Source: Alphaproteobacteria bacterium
GTDB taxonomy: Bacteria; Pseudomonadota; Alphaproteobacteria; MPNO01; UBA830
Length of the DNA: 64,000 nucleotides
Assembly: GCA_965243135.1 (NCBI GenBank)
Contig: OZ251539.1
Coordinates: forward strand, 5,088,001-5,152,000
Reading direction: 5' to 3'
The position numbers were made by a program, and so were the translations under genes. Of this stretch, positions 52,040 through 60,188 are shown in pieces. Positions within the stretch are counted from its first letter, which is position 1. Each line of letters opens with the position of its first letter. The notes under the pieces were generated by a model. That model searched no databases. It was not told the origin of the DNA and saw nothing but the letters and a program-made list of their open reading frames with translations.

Positions 52040-52521
52040 GTAATGTTCTAAATCAAATCCGCGTAAGCGTGGACAAGGAGCATCTCACCGAATCGTGTGG
52101 AGAGGCGGGATGCAAGGTGTTCCTGACTGGCGTATCGTCGGATCGGGTTATCGTTGATGCGGAATCCGCCTTTCCGGCTTACGGTTTGAAAGGAAAACGG
52201 TGCGATTACGTTCTGTTCGTGACGAATTCCCAAGGGGAACTCGTTGCAGCGCCGATGGAACTCAAAAGCGGCAATGTGGACGCATCTGGAGCGGCAGACC
52301 AGTTGCAAGGCGGCGCAACATTCGCCGAACGATTTGCGCCCGAGAATCCGGCGACCGTTTGCTGTCCGCTTCTGTTCCATGGACGCTCCATCCACCCGAA
52401 GGAACGCAAAGCCCTCAGTCGCCAAAAGATCGAGTTTTGCGGGGAGAAAGTTATGATTAAGACGGCGCGGTGCAACCGCCCCCGAAATCTGGCGAATGCC
52501 TTGCTGAACGCCATGCCATAG
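52036..52521 (+). CDS. Hypothetical protein, PD-(D/E)xK-like
   Basis: ATGA-coupled to the ATPase; KRCDYVLF...ELKSG....A..QL. Confidence 0.7.
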   Translation: MSNVLNQIRVSVDKEHLTESCGEAGCKVFLTGVSSDRVIVDAESAFPAYGLKGKRCDYVLFVTNSQGELVAAPMELKSGNVDASGAADQLQGGATFAERFAPENPATVCCPLLFHGRSIHPKERKALSRQKIEFCGEKVMIKTARCNRPRNLANALLNAMP

Positions 52522-52822
52522 CAAAACTTTCGAGGATCCCGGGGCCAGGACGAGCGAGGTTGTCCGCTGTTTCGCCGCGGCTGGCCTTGCAAGCGGCTGC
52601 GAACGGCTTGAAGCGCGACAACCGACCCGCCCTGCGGGAATGCGCTTGCCTTCGAGAACCTGTCACGCCGAGGCCGACGAAGGCTTCGCGCGCCGGGACA
52701 CGGTGCCCGCGGCGCGCGGCCGTCCGAGACGCGGACGCTCCCCGCTTGACCTCTCGAAAGTTCCTGACGCACTATTCGCGCCATACGCTCTACGCGAGCG
52801 ACGAACCGCCGTGAGGGAAGCC

Positions 52823-53674
52823 ATGAAACCGGCCCCATTCGCCTACGTCAGGGCGCGAACGCTCGAAGAAGTCTTCGACCTGCTGGAAAAGCACGGAGAC
52901 AGCGCGAAAATCCTCGCCGGCGGACAGAGCCTGATGGCGACGCTCAACATGCGCCTGTCAGCGCCCGGCCTCCTCGTCGACATCGGGCGGATCGACGGCC
53001 TCGCGGGAATCGAGGACGTCGGCGACGCGATCCGGATCGGCGCGACGACCCGCCATGCCGACGTCGAGGCGTCGGCGGAGGTCGCGGCGCATGCGCCGCT
53101 GATCGCGCTTGCGATGCCGCATGTCGCTCACCCCGCGATCCGCAATTTCGGCACCTTCGGCGGTTCGATCGCCTTCGCGGATCCCGCGGCCGAGTTGCCC
53201 GCGTGCGCGGTGGCGCTCGGCGCGCGAATGCTGATCGCGGGAAAGGAGGGCGAGCGCGCGGTCGACGCGGATTCCTTCTTCCGCGGGCTTTACGAGACGG
53301 CGATAGAACCCGGCGAAATCCTCGCGGCGGTCGAGATTCCCAAAACCTCCCCCGACCGGAAGCCGGGCTTCATGGAACTGGCGCGCCGTCACGGCGATTA
53401 CGCCATCATCGGCCTTGCGGCCGACGCGGAAGTGGACGGCGGCGCGTTCGGCGATGCGAGGCTGGCGTTCTTCGGCGCGGGGGACCGGCCGGTTGCGGCG
53501 CGCCGAACCGCCGCGCTGCTCAGGGGACGGCCCTGGTCGGAGGAACTCGCGGCGCAGATTGCCGACTCGCTGAAGGACGAACTCGACCCGCCCGAAGACC
53601 TCAACGCGGACGGCGCGATGCGCAGGCACCTTGCCGGCGTCCTCGCGAAGCGGACGCTGGGTCCGATGGCCTGA
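52823..53674 (+). CDS. Molybdenum hydroxylase FAD subunit (CoxM-like)
   Basis: MKPAPF.Y, AGGQSL, H.AIRN.GT.GGS, ARRHGDYA. Confidence 0.92.
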   Translation: MKPAPFAYVRARTLEEVFDLLEKHGDSAKILAGGQSLMATLNMRLSAPGLLVDIGRIDGLAGIEDVGDAIRIGATTRHADVEASAEVAAHAPLIALAMPHVAHPAIRNFGTFGGSIAFADPAAELPACAVALGARMLIAGKEGERAVDADSFFRGLYETAIEPGEILAAVEIPKTSPDRKPGFMELARRHGDYAIIGLAADAEVDGGAFGDARLAFFGAGDRPVAARRTAALLRGRPWSEELAAQIADSLKDELDPPEDLNADGAMRRHLAGVLAKRTLGPMA

Positions 53675-53685
53675 GGAGAAAACCG

Positions 53686-54168
53686 GTGGACAAGACGATC
53701 AATATCTCGATGCAGGTCAACGGCGAGACGGTCGAACGCCGGGTCGAGGCGCGCACGAACCTCGTGGACTTCCTTCGCTACGAACTCGGCCTGACCGGCA
53801 GCCATGTCGGTTGCGAACACGGCGTGTGCGGCGCCTGCACGGTTCGAGTCGACGGGCGCATCGCGCGCGGATGCCTGATGGTCGCGGCGCAGGCCGACGG
53901 CGCCGACGTGTGGACCATCGAAGGCGTCAGCGACAGCGGCGAAATACAGCATCTCCAGGACGCCTTCGTCGAGCGCAACGCGTTGCAGTGCGGCTACTGC
54001 ACGCCGGGCATGTTGCTGACCGCGGCCGAACTCATCGAGACCCGGCCGGAAGCGAGCCGCGAGGAAATCCGCGCGTACCTTGCCGGAAACTACTGCCGCT
54101 GCACGGGCTATCAGGCCATCGTGGACGCGGTCGAGATGGCGCGGGCGCGCCGGGGAGAACCGTCATGA
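53686..54168 (+). CDS. Molybdenum hydroxylase [2Fe-2S] subunit (CoxS-like)
   Basis: GCEHGVCGACTV, QCGYCTPG, CRCTGY. Confidence 0.93.
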   Translation: MDKTINISMQVNGETVERRVEARTNLVDFLRYELGLTGSHVGCEHGVCGACTVRVDGRIARGCLMVAAQADGADVWTIEGVSDSGEIQHLQDAFVERNALQCGYCTPGMLLTAAELIETRPEASREEIRAYLAGNYCRCTGYQAIVDAVEMARARRGEPS

Positions 54169-56537
54169 CGGACAACTGGATTCTGGATCGCCCGAACTCC
54201 TACATCGGGCGCTCTGTGCCGCGCCCGAACGCGCCGCGCCTCGCGCGCGGACGCGGCGCGTTCGTCGACGACATCGAGATCGGACGGACGGCGCATGTCG
54301 CCTACCTGCGGTCGCCTCACGCCCACGCCCGCATGCGTTCGATCGACGCCGCTCGGGCGAAGGCGGCGAAGGGCGTGATCGCGGTTGTCGCGGGGAGGGA
54401 ACTCGCCGAAATTCACGACCCCTGGATCGGGGTGCTGACGCATCTCGAAGGCCTGAAATCTGCGCCGCAATACGCCCTGCCGCTCGAAAAGGCGACCTGG
54501 CAGGGCGAGGCGGTGGTCGCCGTCGTCGCCGAGAGCCGGGCGCTGGCGGAGGACGCGGCGGCGCTGATCGAGGTCGACTGGGAGGTCCTGCCGACGGTCG
54601 CCGACGCCGAGACCGCTCTCGACGGCGCGACGCCGGTCATTCACGAAAGCCTGGGCGACAATCTCGCATGGCGCCGCAAGGCGGAATTCGGCGACATCGA
54701 GGCGGCCTACGCCGAGGCCGACCATATCGTCGAGGAGACCTTCGTATTCGGCCGCCACACCGGCGTATGCCTCGAGCCGCGCGCAATACTGGCGGACTGG
54801 AATCCGGGGGATGAACAGTTGACCGTGTGGCACAACACCCAATGCCCGCACATGGTCCAGAACATCCTGGCGACGCATTACCGGTTGCCGGAGCATCGCG
54901 TCAGGGTCATCGCGCGCGACGTCGGCGGCTCCTTCGGAATCAAGGTGCATACCTACGCCGACGAGATCGCGACCGTCGGCCTCTCTCTTCTGCTCAAGCG
55001 TCCGGTGAAGTTCGTCGCCGACCGCATGGAGAGTTTCGTTTCCGACATTCATGCGCGCGACCACCGCGTGAAAGGCAAGATAGCGGTCAAGGACGACGGC
55101 CGCATCGTCGCCTTCGAAATAGACGATCTGACCGGCATCGGCCCCTATTCGATGTATCCACGCACCAGCGGCATCGAGGCGAACCAGATCGTCAACATGA
55201 TCGGCGGCCCTTACGCTTTCGACAACTATCGCGCGGTGGCGACGGTGGTTTTCCAGAACAAGAACATGATGTGCCAGTACCGCGCCGTGGGCCATCCGAT
55301 CAAATGCGCGGTGACGGAGGGACTGGTCGATTCCGCCGCCCGGGCTGTGGCCATGGACCCGGCGGAGTTCCGCCGGCGGAATCTTCGGGCGGACGATTCC
55401 TATCCCTGCAAGTCGGCGCAGGGAATGCCGTTCGAGAATCTCTCGCATCACGAAAGTCTGGACAAGCTGCTGAAGGCGATGGACTACGATGCGCTCAGGG
55501 CCGAGCGCGACGCCCTGCGCGGCGAGGGCGTTCATCGCGGCATCGGCTTCGCGAGCTTCATCGAGGTCACCAATCCGTCCGCCATGTTTTACGGCGTGGG
55601 CGGCGCCCGGATCTCCGCGCAGGACGGCGCGACGATGCGCCTCGACGCGAAAGGCAACGTGTTCGTCGCGACAGGCGCGACGGAGCAGGGGCAGGGAATG
55701 GAAGCGGTCATCTCCCAAGTCGCCGCCACCGCCGTCGGCGTATCTCCGGACCGTCTCAAGATCGTCACGGGAGACACCGAGCATACGCCCTACGGCGGCG
55801 GAACGTGGGCGTCGCGCGCCGCCGGCATCGGCGGCGAGGCGGTGGCCCAAGCCGGCCGCGCGTTGCGGCAGCAGATTCTCGCCGCGGCCGCCGCGATGCT
55901 GCAGGAAGACGCGTCGCGGCTCGACATCCGGGCCGGCGTCGTCGTGGACGCCGACAGCGGAGCGGAACGCATCGGCCTCGACGAGATCGGGCGCATCTGC
56001 TACTATCGGCCCGATACGCTCCCGGACGGATTCCAGTCGGAGCTCGTGGCGACCCGGCATTACGTGCCGCGGAAGTTTCCGTTCGCTTTCACGAACGGCG
56101 CGCAGGCCTCCTACCTCGAGGTCGACGCGGAAACGGGGTTCGTCACGCTGCTCAACCACTGGTGCATCGAGGACTGCGGCACGGTGATCAACCCGCTGCT
56201 GGTGGACGAGCAGATCCGGGGCGGCGTGGTGCAGGGCATCGGCGGCGCGTTGTGGGAGGAATGCGTCTACGACGGCGCGGGACAGATGCTCAATGCGAAC
56301 ATGGCGGATTACCTCGTGCCGATGGCGGCCGAACTTCCGGACATCGAGTGCGGCCACGCGGTTTCGCCGACCGCCGATTCCGATCTCGGCGCCAAGGGCG
56401 CGGGAGAGGCCGGCACCTGCGGCGCGCCGGCGGCGATCATGAACGCCCTGAACGACGCGCTATCGCCGTTCGACGCCCGGCTGACCGACATGCCGTTCAC
56501 GCCGAAGAAAGTGCTGCGGGCGCTTGGAAAGATATAG
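54165..56537 (+). CDS. Molybdenum hydroxylase molybdopterin subunit (xanthine dehydrogenase family)
   Basis: RSPHAHA, DVGGSFG.K, QYRAVGHP loop, GAKGAGE. Confidence 0.92.
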   Translation: MTDNWILDRPNSYIGRSVPRPNAPRLARGRGAFVDDIEIGRTAHVAYLRSPHAHARMRSIDAARAKAAKGVIAVVAGRELAEIHDPWIGVLTHLEGLKSAPQYALPLEKATWQGEAVVAVVAESRALAEDAAALIEVDWEVLPTVADAETALDGATPVIHESLGDNLAWRRKAEFGDIEAAYAEADHIVEETFVFGRHTGVCLEPRAILADWNPGDEQLTVWHNTQCPHMVQNILATHYRLPEHRVRVIARDVGGSFGIKVHTYADEIATVGLSLLLKRPVKFVADRMESFVSDIHARDHRVKGKIAVKDDGRIVAFEIDDLTGIGPYSMYPRTSGIEANQIVNMIGGPYAFDNYRAVATVVFQNKNMMCQYRAVGHPIKCAVTEGLVDSAARAVAMDPAEFRRRNLRADDSYPCKSAQGMPFENLSHHESLDKLLKAMDYDALRAERDALRGEGVHRGIGFASFIEVTNPSAMFYGVGGARISAQDGATMRLDAKGNVFVATGATEQGQGMEAVISQVAATAVGVSPDRLKIVTGDTEHTPYGGGTWASRAAGIGGEAVAQAGRALRQQILAAAAAMLQEDASRLDIRAGVVVDADSGAERIGLDEIGRICYYRPDTLPDGFQSELVATRHYVPRKFPFAFTNGAQASYLEVDAETGFVTLLNHWCIEDCGTVINPLLVDEQIRGGVVQGIGGALWEECVYDGAGQMLNANMADYLVPMAAELPDIECGHAVSPTADSDLGAKGAGEAGTCGAPAAIMNALNDALSPFDARLTDMPFTPKKVLRALGKI

Positions 56538-56709
56538 GGACGGTCGTCTACCTCGCCACAGAGGCCACCTGCGGAGTTGATGGGGCCGGTTTTGGCCGCG
56601 GATCCGCTCGGGGGCACGAGGCTGCGCGGTCTCCGGACACGTGGACGAGAGTCGCCGCTTTGGCTGACCTCCACACGCAAATCTTGGCTGTCAGCGGGGA
56701 AGCCGCCAG

Positions 56710-58224
56710 TTACATGCCCCAGATCTCGACGTTCGATTCCGTGCGGCGGAAAACCTTCTCGCTCCAAGGCTTCTTCTCGTCGCGGTCGAAGATCACCAGG
56801 TGGCCCGTCTCCGCCGCGCAGCGGTCCATGTAGCCCGCAACCTGCTCCAGTCCCGCGGCGACCGTCGCCTCCAGGCTCCCGCGCAACATCTTGCACTCGA
56901 CCACGAACTTCTGCTCGCTGCCGCCCTTCGGCCAGACGATCAGCAGGTCGACGCGCCCCCGGCCCAGCCCGAACTCCCGCCCGCCCGCCGCCGTTGAGCA
57001 CCCGTTGCAGAAACGCCTGCAACAGAAGCTGAGGCCAAGCCTCCGGGTACGCGAAGCGGTCCTTCCAGTGATTCTCGCGGAAGAACGTCTGGAACGCCGC
57101 CATTCGCCGCGTCGAGGCCGCCGCCGGCGCCGACGTACCAGGCCCTGCCTGAGCGCCGCCTGCGCCTTCCAGGTCAGTTCGCGCGGAATCACCTCGGCGT
57201 AGACCGGATTGGCGATGCGGAGCGGTCCGTCCTTCGCGAGCAGGCCCAGATCCCGCGCGTATTCGATGTCCCGGTCGGCGACGGCGCTCTCGTCTCCGCC
57301 GGCGAGGATCGGCTCGATCACCTGCCGGACGCGCTCCTCCTCCAGCCTGTACGCCAACTGGTCCAGGTGAGTCACCCGGCTCAGGATGAGCCGCTCCCGC
57401 GCGTCGGCGATTTCGCTGTCCGTCACGGCGCGCGAGCGGTCGCGCCCCGCCTCGCTCTCGAAGCAGGTTTCCCGGGCCAGCGCGTTCACCAGCCACGGCT
57501 GGCCGAGGGTCTGCTCCCACACCGCCTCCTGCGCCTCCGCCGTGAACGCCTGCCCCGTCTCGGCGGTATGCTGACCGAGCAGCGCCAGCGTCTCCTCCCG
57601 GCTGAAGTCTCTCAGCCGCAGCGACTTCGCGACGATGTTGAAGGGGCTGACGGTCGGGTCGATGCGGCAGTCGCGCACGTCCCGCATCCCGCACAGCACC
57701 ACGCTTTGCGGAAAGCCTCCCGGACGCTTGGGGTAGCCCGCGCGCAACTGTCGGAGCACCGAGAGCAGCGATCCGACCTGCAAGGCGTCGATCTCGTCGA
57801 TCAGCAGCACGAGCGGCTTCGGCGACGCTCGGGACCAGCGCGCCAACGCCTCCATCAACGCGTGGTCGGGAACCGAATCGGCAAGAATGCCGCGCCAAGT
57901 GTTGGACAGAAACGGATCGTCGAGTTCCGACCGCGCCTCGAATGCCAGATTGGCGAGCACCGTCCCTATTGCTCTCTCCAAGTCTTGGCCAGCGGTGCTC
58001 GCCCCCTCGACGGTGGCGTACAGGCAATGGTAGCCTTGTCCGCTTAGTAGATCCTGCAGGGCGATCAGTACGGAAGTCTTGCCCGTCTGCCTCGGGGCAT
58101 GCAGCACGAAATACTTTTCGTCCCGAACGAGCCGCAGCACCTCGTCTATGTCCAGACGTTCCAGCGCCGGGATGCAATAGTGCTTTTCGGGCTTGATCGG
58201 CCCCTCGGTATTGAAGAAGCGCAT
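56710..58224 (-). pseudogene. AAA ATPase + PD-(D/E)XK protein with three compensating frameshifts
   Basis: MRFFNT.GP, HAPRQTGKTS, DEIDAL, GQPWLVNAL, ANPVY.E; conserved AWYV and QAFLQRV.NGGG segments lie in other frames; GR.DL...ECK. Confidence 0.82.
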
Positions 58225-58799
58225 GGTCGGGCGGCTTTCGCTACGCTGCCGGACGACGATAGCCCGAAAAGTCGAGGGATGGCAGGCGTGTTCGCGCGGG
58301 CCGCTCATAGATTGATCGCGGCGTTGTCGGCGTCGAGCGCGATGACCGCCACTCCCGAGGCGACCGCGAAGCCGAACAGGGCGGCGTCCCTGCGCAATCC
58401 CTGCCCGGCCGGCCGGCCGTCAACCGAAGAGGGAGCAACGCAATGACCGTGATCTCCGCGCCAGAAGGACCGAGCCGGAAAGGCGAACCTCGCCCACGCG
58501 TCGCAGTGGCCGTAACGAACTCCGAGGCGGCCAAGCGCGTCGGCAAGGCTGAATGCGCAGGGCGTGGAGGTCGTCGACAGCGGTGAAGCCATGCGAACCG
58601 TGGACTGCCTCTGTCGTCATCGGCGGAAAAGACAGCTTGCGATCCGGCGAACTGCCCCTAGACGTCGCCACGTTTCGGTGCGCCGATGGCGAATTCCAGT
58701 TCCTCCGTCGGCGCGCTTGGCTGCGTATTTCCAAGCAGGGCGAACAACCGGGCGGGAGAGGTCGGCTGGCGCGGTCGTACGAGCAGCGGTTTACCGAGG

Positions 58800-58832
58800 A
58801 AAAAAAAGAAGCCGCGCCCGTCGGGCGCGGCT
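58800..58832 (-). terminator. Rho-independent terminator after the NHLP-fusion gene
   Basis: Minus strand AGCCGCGCCC-GAC-GGGCGCGGCT stem followed by TC and a T8 run. Confidence 0.88.
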
Positions 58833-59454
58833 ATCCGAGCCAGCGGTTGGTCAGGCGCCTGACCATGCCGGCGTAGACGTCGAGGGCCGCGTCGCCGTCG
58901 CCGTTGCCGATCGCCGCGACGGCGGCATCGATCCGCTCGCCGATCCAGTCCCAGTCGGCGTGATCGGCGGGGATCACCGCGACGATCGAGGGCGCCGTCT
59001 CGTAGTAGGCCGCGACCATCTCACGGCGCTCCTCCGTCTCCGACATGTAGCCGTCGCGGAAGCCCCGCAGCGCCGACAGCGTCGGACCGTCGTCCGCCTC
59101 GCCGCGGAGCCCCGCCACCGCCGTGGTCAGGAAGCAGTCGCCGCTCCGGGAACGTTGTATAAGGTTGTCCAGGTTGGCGGCCCACTCTTCGTACGTCATG
59201 TACGACGTGCCGCCAACGACGACGCCGAGATCGTCGTCCGACATCGTGCGGTTGGGGTCGGGCGGGGCCACCACGTGGATCGTGTCCTCGCTGTTCACCG
59301 CGAGGCGCACGTCGACGCCGCTCGGAATCTCAATTCCGTGCTCGGCCAGCGCCGCCTTCGGGTCCGCCTCCATTCGCGAGCGGAACTCGGGGTCACCGCG
59401 CCAACTCTCCTCCATCTCCGCCCAGCGGCCGCCGTCCGTCTTCTCGTTCGTCAT
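58831..59454 (-). CDS. NHLP-type leader peptide fused to a CFI-box-CTERM-like domain (207 aa)
   Basis: W..DPEFR.R..ADPKAALAE.G...P....V...N...H.V.PP.P...MSDDDL..VVGG (aa 1-82); CFLTTA...LRGFRDGY...MV..YY..AP.IV (from aa 107); AGGAG RBS. Confidence 0.82.
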   Translation of the reverse strand: MTNEKTDGGRWAEMEESWRGDPEFRSRMEADPKAALAEHGIEIPSGVDVRLAVNSEDTIHVVAPPDPNRTMSDDDLGVVVGGTSYMTYEEWAANLDNLIQRSRSGDCFLTTAVAGLRGEADDGPTLSALRGFRDGYMSETEERREMVAAYYETAPSIVAVIPADHADWDWIGERIDAAVAAIGNGDGDAALDVYAGMVRRLTNRWLG

Positions 59455-59511
59455 TTTTCTCGTCTCCTGTTCCTTGGGCCATTCCGCCCGCAAGCGGATC
59501 CCTACACTAGC

Positions 59512-59522
59512 GGGGGGGGGGG
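59512..59522 (-). repeat. C11 homopolymer (G11 on +) in probable promoter spacer
   Basis: Minus strand reads TTTTG-C11-GCTAGTGTAGGGA, ~60 nt upstream of the ATG. Confidence 0.75.
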
Positions 59523-59948
59523 CAAAACCCTAATTTCGCGAATCGCGCGCCGGGACGAGCGCCGCTGGCGACGGTCCCGAGCGGTGCCGAAGCGCCCCGG
59601 ACCTGCCGTTGCCCTCGGCCGGACGACGGCGGCGCGGCTCAAAATAGAAATCGACGATCTTCTTCCCACGGAGGGCGATAAAAAAGGTCTGGAAGAACAT
59701 CGACGGGGCCAGGCGCGTCGCTTCGCTGTCGGCGTTTGAATCTCTGCAGTCCGGCTTCGTTGGATCGACGTGCCGACGGACGGCGCGTTCCGCAACAAGA
59801 AAGAGGCGCGCAAAGTCGCCGAGGAGCTATGCCGTTTCGACGAATAGGCAAAGACCAATAGCGACGGCTCGCCATGGGAAGTCGCCGTTCGCGAACGCGC
59901 GACTTCGACACGTCGGAACGCTATGACGAGTGGCGGAAAAAAGCTGCG

Positions 59949-60051
59949 GCGCCGTTCGTCGAACACCGCCCGGAATTTTCCGTCAGAGGCTGGCAAGGCT
60001 CACATAAGCGCAGCGCCGTTCGTCGAACACCGCCCGAACTCTCCGTCAGAG
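59949..60051 (+). repeat. Two ~40-nt direct repeats with 64-nt period
   Basis: gcgccgttcgtcgaacaccgcccg...tccgtcagag at 59949-59988 and 60013-60051. Confidence 0.8.
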
Positions 60052-60188
60052 CCGAACTCGCCGCTGAAGAATGGAAAAATGTCGGCGACAGGCCCGCTCT
60101 CCAAGCATGGCTTCTCATCGCTGCCGAGGACCGACGACTGTACGGAGCGCACCGCACCGGACCGAGCCATGGGTCGGCGCGCGGCGGA

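Noticed and set aside
52823-56537. Aerobic CO dehydrogenase call
   Set aside because: Lacks the AYXCSFR loop and cox accessory genes
58443-58800. Plus-strand ORF fragments with a good RBS
   Set aside because: Broken across frames and no family recognised
59883-60062. CRISPR array from ~64-nt periodic repeats
   Set aside because: Only two good copies, ~24-nt spacer, no leader or cas genes
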